A stretch of 40,474 bases of DNA from an uncultured Planctomycetaceae bacterium (GCA_903917235.1 CAIWZS010000382.1:1-40474); one strand, 5' to 3'; shown: positions 19,035 to 29,972, counted from the first letter of the stretch. Numbers and translations are program-made. The notes: generated from the letters alone by a model not told the origin.

Positions 19035-21020
19035 TCACGGCGGCGCCGGACGCCGCCGCGGGTTGGGCAGGAAGTAGAACCGGCCATCCTCCGCACCCCC
19101 GAGAAAATCGGGGATGCCGGAGCCGGTGAAGTCGACGACCGTGGGGCTCACGTCGTGCCCCTCGATGCTGCCCTCGGCCAGACTGCCGGCCCGCATGAAC
19201 CGCCACCCGCCGTCGCCGTGCCCGACCTGACGCAGCAGGTCGGCGTTGCGGGAATTGACGAGCAGGTCGAACCTGCCGTCCCCGTCCCAGTCGGTGACCG
19301 CGAGCTTGCGCCGGCCACTCTGCCCGGCCATGCCCGTCGCCAGACGCAGCGGCCGACCGGCCTCGTCGAGGAACGCCCGCTCCGGCGGCAGCAGCACGAG
19401 GGCCTCACCCCGCTGCGCGCGGCGAAACCATGCGAGATAGCCCTCGTGATCGAGTATCGCCAGATCAGCCAGACCGTCGGCATCGAAGTCGTGCACCACC
19501 GGCGTCGTGCGCCACTGGGTCAGCAGGGCCTTGCCGGAGGGGGTGCGCCAGCCCCAGGCGAGCCGCGGCTGGCCGGCATCCCACTCCACCTCGATCGCGT
19601 GCGGCGGCGCGAAGGCGGGTGCGGCGCGCGGCCCCTCGTTGCGCAGCCACACGACCTCGCCAAGGATGCTGTTGAGGACGATGTCGGGCAGCGCGTCGCC
19701 GTCCCAATCAGACACGCTGCAGGTGGTGTAGCCCCACTTCGCCTCGGCCGGCCCCTGGATGCTGCCGGCGGGCCCGGCCATCACGCGGAATGGGCGGCCC
19801 TCGACGACGAGCCGTCGCGGCGCGGCCCACGTGGGCGTGGCGACGGCCGGGCCGCTCGTGTTCTCGAACCACTCGATGAAACCCGCCGTGTTGCCGGAGA
19901 CGATGTCGGTGTCACCGTCGCCGTCAAAATCCACGCCGACGGGCGTGGCGAGGGCGCCGCACTTGAGCGTGTCGGCCCGCTGCCGGAAGACGCGCGGCTG
20001 GCGGAACACCGGGGCCCCGTCGGCGTCCGTGCGTCCGGTGTGCTCGACGAACGCGACACGACCGTCCTCGTCGCCGACCACGAGATCAGGATGGCCGTCA
20101 CGGTTCCAGTCGAAGGCGACCGGCACGATCATCTGCAGCTCCATCCGCAGCGGCCCGCCGTCCTCCGCGACGAGATCACGGCCCGCGGCGTAGCGGGGGG
20201 CCGTGCGGGAGCCGACGTTCTCGAAGTACGTGAAGCGGTCGAGGAACGACCCGCACAGGAGGTCGAGATCGCCGTCGCCGTCGAAGTCGGCGAGATTGGG
20301 TGACGGGCAGCCGTAGACGTCGATCACCCCGTCCGCCGCCTCGAGCTGCACCGGGTCGCCGAAGCCGCCCGCCGCGGTGCCCGGGAGCACGAAGACGAAC
20401 CCGTGGAGCGGGCCGTTGGTCCAGCGCCCCGCCGCGTCGTAGGCGTCGTCCCAGCCGTAGAAGCTCCAGTCCTCGATGCCGCACACGAGATCGAGCCGCC
20501 CGTCCCCGTCGTAATCCACGAGCCGCCACTGGTTGTGCCGCACCTTCGGCCCCTTCGGCTGTTCGCCGCGTGGCACGTACCACCGCGCCGGCACCGGCAG
20601 TCGCTCGGGGTGTCCGGTGCCGACCGTGGCGAAGTCGCGGTATTCGATCCCGGGTGCGAGCACGCGCAGCCGGCCGTCGACGTAGCTTGGCATGACGTAG
20701 TGCACCGTCGCGGAGAGCCTGCGGGCCGGTGCGAACACCGGCATGGCGGCATCGCGCGTGTCACCCGTGTCGTTCTCGAAGAGCCACACCCCGTTCGACG
20801 GCTTGTCCGGACACGACACGAGGAGGTCGAAGTCGCCGTCCCCATCGGCATCACACGGCACGGGCCATGCCCACAGTCCGACGCCAAGATCGACCACGAG
20901 GTCGGGGTCGTTGTAGGGCAGGGGACGCAGCTCCGTCGCCACGGCCAGCCCCCCCATGACGCACGCGAGCAGGCTCAGCAGACCGGCAACACGAACCAGG
21001 ATTCCCCTGCGGAGGCCCAT
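19035..21020 (-). CDS. Exported FG-GAP/VCBS-repeat beta-propeller protein
   Basis: Nine DxDGDGxxD-type repeats (e.g. DADGDGDFDL, DYDGDGRLDL, DFDGDGDLDL, DWNRDGHPDL); signal peptide. Confidence 0.85.
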   Translation of the reverse strand: MGLRRGILVRVAGLLSLLACVMGGLAVATELRPLPYNDPDLVVDLGVGLWAWPVPCDADGDGDFDLLVSCPDKPSNGVWLFENDTGDTRDAAMPVFAPARRLSATVHYVMPSYVDGRLRVLAPGIEYRDFATVGTGHPERLPVPARWYVPRGEQPKGPKVRHNQWRLVDYDGDGRLDLVCGIEDWSFYGWDDAYDAAGRWTNGPLHGFVFVLPGTAAGGFGDPVQLEAADGVIDVYGCPSPNLADFDGDGDLDLLCGSFLDRFTYFENVGSRTAPRYAAGRDLVAEDGGPLRMELQMIVPVAFDWNRDGHPDLVVGDEDGRVAFVEHTGRTDADGAPVFRQPRVFRQRADTLKCGALATPVGVDFDGDGDTDIVSGNTAGFIEWFENTSGPAVATPTWAAPRRLVVEGRPFRVMAGPAGSIQGPAEAKWGYTTCSVSDWDGDALPDIVLNSILGEVVWLRNEGPRAAPAFAPPHAIEVEWDAGQPRLAWGWRTPSGKALLTQWRTTPVVHDFDADGLADLAILDHEGYLAWFRRAQRGEALVLLPPERAFLDEAGRPLRLATGMAGQSGRRKLAVTDWDGDGRFDLLVNSRNADLLRQVGHGDGGWRFMRAGSLAEGSIEGHDVSPTVVDFTGSGIPDFLGGAEDGRFYFLPNPRRRPAPP

Positions 21021-21053
21021 GACCCGCGATGTCCTTTCCCGACGACGCCACAC

Positions 21054-22781
21054 TCACTCGTCGGTGACGCAGCCGCTCGACGCGGGGGCCACGCAACGGA
21101 TGTACTTGGCGAGGATGCCTCGCGTGGCCTTCGGTGGCGGCGCCCGCCAGGCATCGCGGCGGCGGCGCACCTCGTCGTCCGCCACCTCCATGTCGATCGT
21201 CGCCGCATTCGCGTCGATCACCACCATGTCACCGTCCCGCACGAGCGCGATCGGCCCTCCCTCCTGGGCCTCGGGCACGACGTGCCCGACGATGAATCCA
21301 TGGGATCCACCGGAGAAACGGCCGTCGGTGATGAGGGCGACGTCGGCGGCCAGGCCGGCCCCCACGAGCGCCGAGGTGGGCGTGAGCATCTCGGGCATCC
21401 CCGGCCCGCCCTTCGGTCCCTCGTAGCGGATGATGACGACGTCCCCGCGCTGGATGCCGCCCCGCTCGAGCGTGGCGAGCATCGCCTCCTCGCTGTCGAA
21501 AACCCGCGCGGGACCACGGAAGCGGGCGCCCTCCTTGCCGGTGATCTTCGCGACGGCGCTGCCCGGGGCGAGGTTGCCGTGGAGGATCGTGATGTGACCG
21601 GTGGGCTTGATCGGCTGATCCACCGGATGGATCACCTTCTGGCCCGGCCGCAGTCCCGGGCTGGAGGCTAGGTTCTCCGCGAGCGTCTTGCCGGTGACCG
21701 TCAGGCAGTCGCCGTCGAGCAGGCCCCGGTCGAGCAGGTACTTCATGAATCCGCTCGTGCCTCCCGCGGAATGCAGGTCCTCCTGGACGAACCGTCCGCT
21801 GGGCTTGAGGTCGGCGAGGTAGGGCACGCGGCGGGAGACGGCCTGGAAGTCGGCGGGCCCGAGCGGCACCTCCACCGCGCGGGCCATGGCGATCAGGTGG
21901 AGCACCGCGTTCGTCGAGCCGCCGAGCGCCATGATGACGACCATGGCGTTTTCGAAGGCCCGCCGCGTCATGATGTCGCGGGGCTTGAGATCACGCTCGA
22001 GCAGCCCGCGGATCGCGGCTGCCGCCCGAAGACACTCGTCGAGCTTGCCGGGGTGCTCGGCCGGGATCGACGCCGTGTCCGGAAGCGCCATGCCGAGCGC
22101 CTCGATCGCGGTCGCCATCGTGTTGGCGGTGTACATGCCGCCGCAGGCGCCCGCCCCGGGGCAGGCATGCCGCACGATGTCGGCCCGACGGGCGTCGTCG
22201 ATCCGCCCGGCCACGTACTCGCCGTAACACTGGAACGCCGAGACGATGTCGAGCGGGGCGCCGTCGGCCGCATGGCCCGGCTTGATCGTCCCGCCATACA
22301 CCATGAGCGCCGGTCGATTGAGTCGCCCCATGGCGATGAGGCAGCCGGGCATGTTCTTGTCGCACCCCGGGATCGCCACGAGCGCGTCGTACCACTGCGC
22401 GTGCATCACCGTCTCGATCGAATCGGCGATGATGTCCCGTGAGGGGAGGGAGTAGCTCATTCCCTCCGTGCCCATCGACATGCCGTCGCTGACGCCGATC
22501 GTGTTGAAACGCATCCCGACGAGACCCGCGGCCACCGCCCCCTCGCGCACTCGCGCCGCGAGCCGGTCGAGGTGCATGTTGCAGGGGTTCCCCTCGTACC
22601 ACATGCTCGCGATCCCGACCTGGGGCTTGTCGAGGTCGGCGGGCTGGAGGCCCGTCGCGTACAGCATCGCCTGGGATCCGCCCTGCGAACGGGGCTGCGT
22701 GATGCGTGACGAGTAGCGATTGAGAACAGTCGTGGTCGAGGGCGTCATGGGGCCGGCCGGTGGGGTGGAGTCGGACGTCAC
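21054..22781 (-). CDS. ilvD: Dihydroxy-acid dehydratase
   Basis: [76 protein letters not shown]. Alternative ATG at 22748. Confidence 0.97.
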   Translation of the reverse strand: MTSDSTPPAGPMTPSTTTVLNRYSSRITQPRSQGGSQAMLYATGLQPADLDKPQVGIASMWYEGNPCNMHLDRLAARVREGAVAAGLVGMRFNTIGVSDGMSMGTEGMSYSLPSRDIIADSIETVMHAQWYDALVAIPGCDKNMPGCLIAMGRLNRPALMVYGGTIKPGHAADGAPLDIVSAFQCYGEYVAGRIDDARRADIVRHACPGAGACGGMYTANTMATAIEALGMALPDTASIPAEHPGKLDECLRAAAAIRGLLERDLKPRDIMTRRAFENAMVVIMALGGSTNAVLHLIAMARAVEVPLGPADFQAVSRRVPYLADLKPSGRFVQEDLHSAGGTSGFMKYLLDRGLLDGDCLTVTGKTLAENLASSPGLRPGQKVIHPVDQPIKPTGHITILHGNLAPGSAVAKITGKEGARFRGPARVFDSEEAMLATLERGGIQRGDVVIIRYEGPKGGPGMPEMLTPTSALVGAGLAADVALITDGRFSGGSHGFIVGHVVPEAQEGGPIALVRDGDMVVIDANAATIDMEVADDEVRRRRDAWRAPPPKATRGILAKYIRCVAPASSGCVTDE

Positions 22782-22936
22782 GACCCGCGTCGGGCCGTGG
22801 GGAAGCAGGATAGTATGCTGTGCCGCTCGTGGAAAACCCGCGGGCTGCCCGGCGTGTTCCGCCCCACGCGCCAGCCGGCGACGTGCCGCCAGCGGGGCGA
22901 CGCGGACCGCGGTTCGTCAACGTCACGGCTCACGGC

Positions 22937-23557
22937 ATGGTTCCCCAGTTCGTCTACTTCGATCTCGGCAACGTGATCTGTTCGTTCGATCGCGAGCGCG
23001 CCATCCGGCAGATGGCGGCGCTGACCGGCACGACTCCCGACCGGGTGCGGTCGGAGGTCATCGACGGCGGGCTGCAGGCGGCGCTCGAACGGGGCGCGAT
23101 CGACTGGCTCGAATTCCATGAACGGTTCTCCGAGCGCACGGGCACGTCGTCCGACGCGGAGGCGCTCGCCACCGCCGCGAGCGACATGTTCGCGCTCAAC
23201 GTCGACCTGCTGCCGGTGATCGCCGGACTCGAGCGCGCAGGCTGCCGGGCCGGAATCCTGTCGAACACCTGCGACGCACACTGGCGGCATCTGGTGGCCA
23301 GCGGCTACGCGATCCTGCCAGGGGGGTTCGCACCCATCGTGCTCAGTCACGAGGTCGGTGCCGTCAAGCCGGACCCGGCGATCTTCGCCTCCGCAGCCGC
23401 CCGTGCCGGCGTGCCACCCGACCGCATCTTTTTCTGCGACGACATCGAGGAACACGTCGCCGCGGCCCGCCGCGCGGGGTGGGACTCCGAGCCGTACGTC
23501 TCGGCCTCCAGGCTCGTCGATGACCTCGCCCGCCGCGGGCTCGAGCTCGGCCTGTGA
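22937..23557 (+). CDS. HAD-superfamily phosphatase (YihX-like)
   Basis: FDLGNV motif I, LSNT motif II, SHEVGAVKPDPAIF motif III, FCDD motif IV. Confidence 0.88.
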   Translation: MVPQFVYFDLGNVICSFDRERAIRQMAALTGTTPDRVRSEVIDGGLQAALERGAIDWLEFHERFSERTGTSSDAEALATAASDMFALNVDLLPVIAGLERAGCRAGILSNTCDAHWRHLVASGYAILPGGFAPIVLSHEVGAVKPDPAIFASAAARAGVPPDRIFFCDDIEEHVAAARRAGWDSEPYVSASRLVDDLARRGLELGL

Positions 23558-23588
23558 GCGGTGTCGGTCTGGTACCCTGAATGGAACG

Positions 23589-25430
23589 ATGAGCGACGCC
23601 GTCTCCCTCACGATCGACCAGTTTCTTGCCGTGGTCCGCAAGAGCGGGCTGGTGGAGGACGACGACCGGCTCGAGGAGGCTGCGTCCGCCTGGCCGGACC
23701 GCACCCTGCCGCTGCCAGACGACCTCGTCGCGCACCTCGTCGAGCGGGAGCTGCTCACGCAGTGGCAGGCCGATCAGCTGCGTCGCGGCCGGCACAAGGG
23801 CTTCATGCTCGGGAAATACCGGCTGCTGCGGCTCCTCGGCAAGGGGGGCATGAGCAGCGTCTATCTCGCCGAACACACGGCGCTCAACAACAAGGTCGCG
23901 ATCAAGGTGCTGCCACGCCATCGTGTCGACCAGACGTCGTACCTCGCCCGATTCGAGCGCGAGGCCCGCACCTCCGCCCGGCTGAACCATCCGAACATCG
24001 TCCGGGCGTTCGACCTCGACACCTCCGGCGAGATCCATTTCATCGCGATGGAGTACGTCGCCGGAACCAACCTCCATGCGAAGGTCAAGGAGGCCGGCAC
24101 GCTCCCGCTCCGCGACGCACTCGACTACGTGCGGCAGACGGCGCTCGGGCTCCAGCATGCGCACGAGGAGGGGCTCGTGCATCGCGACATCAAGCCCGCG
24201 AACCTGATCCTCGACACCCGCGGCACGGTCAAGATCCTCGACCTCGGTCTCGCGCTCGCCCAGGAAGAGGACGACACGTCGCTCACGAAGACCCACGACG
24301 AGAAGGTGCTCGGCACGGCCGACTACCTCTCGCCCGAGCAGGCCCGCGACAGCCACACGGCCGACGCCCGCTCCGACATCTATTCGCTCGGCTGCACGCT
24401 CTACTACCTGCTGACGGGAAGCCCTCCGTTCGCCGAGGGCAAGCTTGCGCAGCGCATCCAGGCCCACCTCAAGTCGCCGCCACCGAATCTCCTCGATCGT
24501 CGGCCCGACGTGCCGCCGGCGATCGTGGAGCTGGCCTTTCGCATGCTCGAAAAGCATCCGGACGCACGGCCGCAGACGGCCCGCGAGGTTGCCGACACGC
24601 TGGCTGCGTGGCTCGCCCAGTCGAGCGGCCCCACGACCGGCCCGACGGGGCCGCGGACACCACCCCGACGTTCACCGCCGCGTCGGACGGCACCCGCGGG
24701 CGCCGCCGACACAGGCTCAGCCGGCACGACGACCGCGCCGGGCGTATCGCCACCGCCATCCAGCCAGCCGTCTCCGGAACGGACCGAACCGCAACGGGCC
24801 GGTCCGGCCACACCTCCCTCGTCTCGGGAGAGGCCGCCATCGGTCATCCTCGCGCCGTCGCGTGTCGGCCCTCCATCGGCCGTGATCCCATCGTCCGACG
24901 TCGGCCCGCCGTCGGTCGTCGTGTCGTCGTCGAACGTCGGCCTACCGACGGGAAGGTCGAGCATCCCTCCGGCAGCCGGCTCGGCCGTCGATCCGGACGT
25001 GTTCACATTCGCGCCCCCCTCGCAGGACGCGGCACCGATCGTGACGATCGCTCCGCGTCAGTCCGCCCGATCGACCGCGCCGCGGTCCGCGACACCGGCG
25101 AAGACGTCGGCGCCCGAAGTCCTTCTCGAACCGGCCCAGACAGGATTCGCACGCTGGCTACCCAGAGGCGTGCCCAGAATGGCATGGGTCGCCGTTGCAG
25201 GCGGTGCGGTGCTCGTCATTCTCGCCGCGGCTCTCTGGTTCGCCATGAACCGAGGCCCGGCCGGGGACGCGGATCCCGATGGCAAGGCGGCGCGGCGCGA
25301 GTCGGCAGCGGATGCGGACGTGCCGGCGAAGAAGTCCGCGCCCGTCCCGAAGGCGCAGAAGCCAAAGCCACAGCCGCCGAAGCGGGAGCGCGGCCCGCTC
25401 GATGCTCTCAATGCGCAGCCTGAGTCTTGA
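23589..25430 (+). CDS. Hanks-type Ser/Thr protein kinase with Pro/Ser-rich linker and a C-terminal TM helix
   Basis: LGKGGMSSVY, VAIKVL, HRDIKPAN, KILDLG, GTADYLSPE, SDIYSLG; TM segment WVAVAGGAVLVILAAALWFAM. Confidence 0.93.
   Translation: MSDAVSLTIDQFLAVVRKSGLVEDDDRLEEAASAWPDRTLPLPDDLVAHLVERELLTQWQADQLRRGRHKGFMLGKYRLLRLLGKGGMSSVYLAEHTALNNKVAIKVLPRHRVDQTSYLARFEREARTSARLNHPNIVRAFDLDTSGEIHFIAMEYVAGTNLHAKVKEAGTLPLRDALDYVRQTALGLQHAHEEGLVHRDIKPANLILDTRGTVKILDLGLALAQEEDDTSLTKTHDEKVLGTADYLSPEQARDSHTADARSDIYSLGCTLYYLLTGSPPFAEGKLAQRIQAHLKSPPPNLLDRRPDVPPAIVELAFRMLEKHPDARPQTAREVADTLAAWLAQSSGPTTGPTGPRTPPRRSPPRRTAPAGAADTGSAGTTTAPGVSPPPSSQPSPERTEPQRAGPATPPSSRERPPSVILAPSRVGPPSAVIPSSDVGPPSVVVSSSNVGLPTGRSSIPPAAGSAVDPDVFTFAPPSQDAAPIVTIAPRQSARSTAPRSATPAKTSAPEVLLEPAQTGFARWLPRGVPRMAWVAVAGGAVLVILAAALWFAMNRGPAGDADPDGKAARRESAADADVPAKKSAPVPKAQKPKPQPPKRERGPLDALNAQPES
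24834..24941 (+). repeat. Three degenerate 36-bp (12-aa) tandem repeats in the kinase linker
   Basis: PPSVILAPSRVG / PPSAVIPSSDVG / PPSVVVSSSNVG; every unit ends in GTCGGC. Confidence 0.7.
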
Positions 25431-25436
25431 TGCTCC

Positions 25437-25568
25437 GGGGAGTGACCTGCCACGGCTCCGGACGTTCGCTGCGGCCGTCCCGGCCTCCGCTCACTGCATG
25501 TCCGCGGCGCTCCGGCATCCGTGCCTCCGCTTGCTTCCATAGCCCGGATCCATGGCAGGTCACCCCCC
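25437..25568. repeat. ~132-bp element with 25-bp terminal inverted repeats (MITE/REP-like)
   Basis: GGGGAGTGACCTGCCACGGCTCCGG (25437-25461) versus the reverse complement of 25544-25568, GGGGGGTGACCTGCCATGGATCCGG: 3 mismatches. Internal direct repeats end in GCCTCCGCT. Confidence 0.7.
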
Positions 25569-25664
25569 CTCGTGATCGCTGGTGCGCATCAGTCATTACG
25601 ACAAGCGCATTACGACACGCGTCTCACTGCCGGAAAAGGCCATGGATAGCCTTTTCCAAGCACA

Positions 25665-26432
25665 TCAGCGTCCGGCGATCGTCCAGTTGCCGGCGGCGAG
25701 CATCTCGATGGCGGCACGATGGGTGAGGTCGTAATCGAGCGGCGTGAGCGTCACGGCACCTGACTTGAGGGCGGTGACGTCCGACTCCTGCGGGTGCGCC
25801 GACGGGGGCGGGTCGTTGGCGGCCCACCAGTAGGCGCGTCCCCTCGGATCGGTCCGCCGTTCGAACGACTCCCCGTAGCGGACGATGCTCATGGGCACCA
25901 CGCGGAGCTCCGGCGACCCGTGCAGCGCCCGGGTCGGAATGTTGACGTTGAAGAGACTGCCCTTCGCGGGGCGACGGTCGAGCACCTGACGAATCACGTC
26001 GAGGCCGATCTCGGCCGCCCGCGCGTAGTCCGGATGGTCGTCCCACTCGAGCGACACGGCGATGCTCGTGATCCCGAAGAACGCCCCCTCGATCGCGGCC
26101 GCGACCGTGCCAGAGTAGAGGACGTTGATGCCCGCGTTGAGGCCGCTGTTGATGCCGCTCACGACGAGGTCGGGGCGCGCCGGACAGAATTCCGCGATCG
26201 CGAGCTTCACGGCGTCCGCCGGACTGCCGTCGACCGCCCAGCCGCGATGCCGCTCCCCCTCGAACACCTCCTTCGCCGTCAGCGGCGTCAGGAACGTGAT
26301 CGCGTGGCCGACGCCGCTCTGCTCGGTCGACGGGGCCGCGACCTGCACCTCGCCGAGTCGGCCCAGCGCGCGCTCCATCGCGGCGAGGCCGGGGGCGAAG
26401 ATGCCGTCGTCGTTCGTGAGCAGGATCCGCAT
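25665..26432 (-). CDS. surE: 5'/3'-nucleotidase SurE
   Basis: [45 protein letters not shown]...[17 protein letters not shown]. Confidence 0.96.
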   Translation of the reverse strand: MRILLTNDDGIFAPGLAAMERALGRLGEVQVAAPSTEQSGVGHAITFLTPLTAKEVFEGERHRGWAVDGSPADAVKLAIAEFCPARPDLVVSGINSGLNAGINVLYSGTVAAAIEGAFFGITSIAVSLEWDDHPDYARAAEIGLDVIRQVLDRRPAKGSLFNVNIPTRALHGSPELRVVPMSIVRYGESFERRTDPRGRAYWWAANDPPPSAHPQESDVTALKSGAVTLTPLDYDLTHRAAIEMLAAGNWTIAGR

Positions 26433-26441
26433 GGAGGCGAC

Positions 26442-26450
26442 ACTATAGCA
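26442..26450 (-). promoter_or_regulatory. Extended -10 (TGcTATAGT) 9 nt upstream of the surE ATG; probably leaderless or near-leaderless
   Basis: Minus strand reads TGCTATAGT-gtcgcctcc-ATG with no Shine-Dalgarno sequence. Confidence 0.55.
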
Positions 26451-26557
26451 GTGCCGCTCCGAACGGGCCGCCTCGCCGGCCACGGCCGCGAAGCGTCGCA
26501 CATGGCGACCGCCGCGCGTATACTCCGGGCTTTTTCCGCACCGTCCGCGCCGCGTCC

Positions 26558-28180
26558 ATGGCCGATCCGGCCGTCGCCGACGGGCCGGTGCATTCGAGCC
26601 CGCCTCCCCGCATGCCCACCGCCGCCTCCGCCAGCCCGCAGCAGACCGAGCGGGTGCTCGTCCTCGATTTCGGGTCGCAGTACGCCCAGCTCATCGCCCG
26701 CCGCGTGCGCGAGCAGAACGTCTACTGCGAGATCGTGCGGCACGACCTCGCCGCCGCCCGCATCCGCGAGCTCGCGCCGCGTGGCATCATCCTCTCCGGA
26801 GGCCCGGCGAGCGTGTACGAGACGGGTGCCCCGCGTTGCGACGCGGAGCTCTTCCGGCTCGGAATCCCGGTGCTGGGCATCTGCTACGGCATGCAGCTGG
26901 CCTGCGATGCGCTCGGCGGAAGCGTCCGCGGCGCGCCCTCGCGGGAGTATGGTCGCGCGGAGTGCGAGATCCTCGAGGCCGACACGCTCTTCGCGGGCGT
27001 CACCTCGCCCGCCGAGGTGTGGATGAGCCACGGCGACCGCGTCGACGCCGTGTCGGCGGGCTTCGTGCCGCTCGCCCGCACGCCGGCCTGCCCGCTCGCC
27101 GCCGTGCGTCACCGCGACCTGCCGGTGTTCGGTCTGCAGTTTCATCCGGAGGTGACCCACACGCCGGCCGGCGGGGCGATCCTCGCGAACTTCCTGCGCG
27201 GTGCCTGCGGCTGCTCGGGTGCGTGGCGGCTCGACGACTTCGCGCGGACGACGATCGACCGTCTGCGCGCGACGATCGGCGACGACCGTGTCATCTGCGG
27301 GCTCTCGGGCGGCGTGGACTCGGCCGTCGTCGCCGCACTTCTCTCTCGGGCGATCGGGGATCGCCTCTCCTGCATCCTGGTGGACAACGGCCTGCTGCGG
27401 CGACACGAGGCGACGGCCGTCATCGAGGAGTTCACCACCCACTTCCGGACCGACCTGCACGTGGTCCGGGCGGAGGACAGGTTTCTCGACGAGCTCGCCG
27501 GCGTCACCGAGCCACAGGAGAAGCGTCGCCGCATCGGGCGCGCGTTCGTGGAGTGCTTCACGGAGGAGGCGGCGAAGATCGCGGGTGCGCGATTCCTCGC
27601 CCAGGGCACGCTCTATCCCGACGTCATCGAGAGCGGTGCAGCGGCGGACGGTCCCGCAGCGACGATCAAGCTCCACCACAACGTCGGAGGCCTTCCGGAC
27701 GACCTGAAGTTCGAGCTGGTCGAGCCGCTCCGCGACCTGTTCAAGGACGAGGTGCGCACGCTCGGACTGCAGCTCGGACTGCCGGAGCGCATCGTCTGGC
27801 GGCATCCGTTCCCCGGACCGGGGCTCGCCGTCCGCTGCCTCGGCGAGGTCACGAAGGCACGGCTCGATCGCCTGCGTGACGCCGATGCGATCGTGCTCGA
27901 GGAGCTCGAGACCGCGGGACTCATGCGGAAGGTCGCTCAGGCGTTCGCCGTGCTGCTGCCGGTGCAGAGCGTCGGCGTGATGGGTGACGCGCGGACCTAC
28001 GACGACGTGCTCGCCGTCCGCGCGGTGGAGACGGAGGACTTCATGACGGCCGACTGGAGCCACCTCCCCCACGAGGTGCTCGCCCGCATGTCGACCCGCA
28101 TCATCAACGAGGTCCGCGGGATCAACCGCGTCGTCTACGACATCTCGTCGAAGCCGCCCGCGACGATCGAGTGGGAGTGA
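26558..28180 (+). CDS. guaA: GMP synthase (glutamine-hydrolysing)
   Basis: [72 protein letters not shown]. Alternative ATG at 26612; TATACT at 26519. Confidence 0.98.
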   Translation: MADPAVADGPVHSSPPPRMPTAASASPQQTERVLVLDFGSQYAQLIARRVREQNVYCEIVRHDLAAARIRELAPRGIILSGGPASVYETGAPRCDAELFRLGIPVLGICYGMQLACDALGGSVRGAPSREYGRAECEILEADTLFAGVTSPAEVWMSHGDRVDAVSAGFVPLARTPACPLAAVRHRDLPVFGLQFHPEVTHTPAGGAILANFLRGACGCSGAWRLDDFARTTIDRLRATIGDDRVICGLSGGVDSAVVAALLSRAIGDRLSCILVDNGLLRRHEATAVIEEFTTHFRTDLHVVRAEDRFLDELAGVTEPQEKRRRIGRAFVECFTEEAAKIAGARFLAQGTLYPDVIESGAAADGPAATIKLHHNVGGLPDDLKFELVEPLRDLFKDEVRTLGLQLGLPERIVWRHPFPGPGLAVRCLGEVTKARLDRLRDADAIVLEELETAGLMRKVAQAFAVLLPVQSVGVMGDARTYDDVLAVRAVETEDFMTADWSHLPHEVLARMSTRIINEVRGINRVVYDISSKPPATIEWE

Positions 28181-28376
28181 CCGTCGGCTCCACGACCACT
28201 TCCGTGAGAATTGGATGAGGGTCGCCGGGCCGCTTGTGAGCCCGCGGGGGGGACCCTAGCCTGACGGTCGACCTGGGCCGATGACGGCGCGCCGTGCCGG
28301 CCGCGTCACACCCTTCCGTTTCGGGGCCGTCGGGCCCGCTCCATCCGATCCGCACCGAGCACAGGACGCAGCCGCC

Positions 28377-29972
28377 ATGGAATTCTTCGACGCGCTCTCG
28401 ACCCTCGGACCGGGCCAGGTGCTCCTCCTCATCACGGCGCTCGTGATCGCCTTCGGCTTCGAATGCGTCAACGGGTTCCACGACACCGCGAACGCGGTGG
28501 CGACGGTCATCTATACGAAGAGCCTCAAGCCGACCCCGGCCGTCGTCTGGTCCGGCCTCTGGAACTTCATCGGCGTGCATGCCGGTGGCATCGGCGTGGC
28601 CTTCAGCGTCGTCCACCTGCTGCCCGTCGACCTGCTCGTCAACATCAAGACGGGACGCGGCCTCGCGATGGTCCTGGCCCTCCTCCTCGCCGCCATCATC
28701 TGGAATTTCGCGACCTGGTACCGCGGCCTGCCGGCATCGAGCTCGCACGCGCTCATCGGGTCGATCATGGGCGTCGGGATGATGAACGCCTGGATGGAGC
28801 ACGGGTCGCTCTTCAAGGGCGTCAACTGGCACAAGGCGACGGAAGTGGCGATGGCGCTCCTGCTGTCGCCGCTCATCGGGTTCGGGCTCGCCGCGGGCCT
28901 GCTGCTCCTTGGGAAGCGACTCATCCCGTCGCAGAAGCTCTACGAGGCGCCGAGCGAGACCGAGCCGCCTCCCATGTGGATCCGCGCGATCCTCATCGGC
29001 ACCTGCACGGGTGTCAGCTTCGCGCACGGGTCGAACGACGGTCAGAAGGGGATGGGACTCATCATGCTCGTGCTCATCGGGATCGTGCCCGCGACGTACG
29101 CGCTCAACATGGGCACCTCGCAGGCGGACATCACGGCCGTCGTCGAGGCCGCGCGCGACCTGCACGACGAGCTGCAGGCGCCGGAGATCGCCGGGCTCAT
29201 GGATGCGCTCAAGCAGGAGTACATGGCGAGCACCCGCGTCGAGAAGCTGCGCCGCAGCGAGGCCCTGGCGGCGACGATCGAGCCCTACGGCAATTTCGAC
29301 GACGACGTGCACGGCTTTGAATTCCGCAGTCCGGGCCTCGCGAGCGACCTCATTGACCCGTACCCGCGGGCTGACGCCGTGCTCGCGACGCTCGACCCGC
29401 TGCCGATCGCGAAGGATTTGATGAGTGCGCTCGATGGCAAGACGAGCTTCGAGGATCTCGGCTCGGAGGAGCGGTGGCAGGTCAGGACGCACCTCGTCGA
29501 GCTCGGGGCGTCGGTGCGGACGCTCGTGCGCACGTTCGGCGACAAGATGGCCGAGGATCGCCGGAAGGTGCTGATGAGCCTCGCGGGCAAGCTGTCCAAG
29601 CCGGTGGAGTACGTGCCGGAGTGGGTGAAGATGGGCGTGGCACTCTGTCTCGGCCTGGGCACGATGGTCGGCTGGAAGCGGATCGTCGTCACCGTGGGCG
29701 AGAAGATCGGCAAGACGCACCTCACCTACGCGCAGGGTGCGTCGGCCGAGCTCGTCGCCGCCGCCACGATCGGCCTCGCCGATGGCTTCGGCATGCCGGT
29801 CAGCACGACCCACGTGCTCTCGAGCGGTGTGGCGGGGACGATGTGGGCCAACAAGTCGGGCATCCAGGCCGAAACGGTGCGGGACATCGCCCTCGCGTGG
29901 ATCCTGACGCTGCCGGCGGTGATCTTCCTCTCCGGACTCATTTACTGGATCGCCACGCTGTTCGTCGGGTGA
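28377..29972 (+). CDS. pitA: PiT-family inorganic phosphate transporter (long PitA type)
   Basis: FECVNGFHDTANAVAT, GLPASSSHALIG, SFAHGSNDGQKGMG, GTMVGWKRIVVTVGEKIGK, PVSTTHVLSSG. Confidence 0.92.
   Translation: MEFFDALSTLGPGQVLLLITALVIAFGFECVNGFHDTANAVATVIYTKSLKPTPAVVWSGLWNFIGVHAGGIGVAFSVVHLLPVDLLVNIKTGRGLAMVLALLLAAIIWNFATWYRGLPASSSHALIGSIMGVGMMNAWMEHGSLFKGVNWHKATEVAMALLLSPLIGFGLAAGLLLLGKRLIPSQKLYEAPSETEPPPMWIRAILIGTCTGVSFAHGSNDGQKGMGLIMLVLIGIVPATYALNMGTSQADITAVVEAARDLHDELQAPEIAGLMDALKQEYMASTRVEKLRRSEALAATIEPYGNFDDDVHGFEFRSPGLASDLIDPYPRADAVLATLDPLPIAKDLMSALDGKTSFEDLGSEERWQVRTHLVELGASVRTLVRTFGDKMAEDRRKVLMSLAGKLSKPVEYVPEWVKMGVALCLGLGTMVGWKRIVVTVGEKIGKTHLTYAQGASAELVAAATIGLADGFGMPVSTTHVLSSGVAGTMWANKSGIQAETVRDIALAWILTLPAVIFLSGLIYWIATLFVG

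Noticed and set aside
12461-28180. guaB and guaA separated by ~12.6 kb and oppositely oriented, suggesting an inserted island
   Set aside because: The intervening genes are ordinary lineage-typical genes; no integrase, att repeats or compositional shift; a split guaB/guaA is common.
28204-28221. Pho-box-like 11-bp-spaced repeat (minus strand CCCTCAT-CCAA-TTCTCAC) upstream of pitA; also GTCATTCCATCAT before btaA
   Set aside because: Only 5/7 matches per half-site and inverted relative to the gene; the btaA candidate has 8-bp rather than 11-bp spacing.
29100-29620. Large hydrophilic insertion in the PiT transporter
   Set aside because: A normal feature of long PitA-type transporters.
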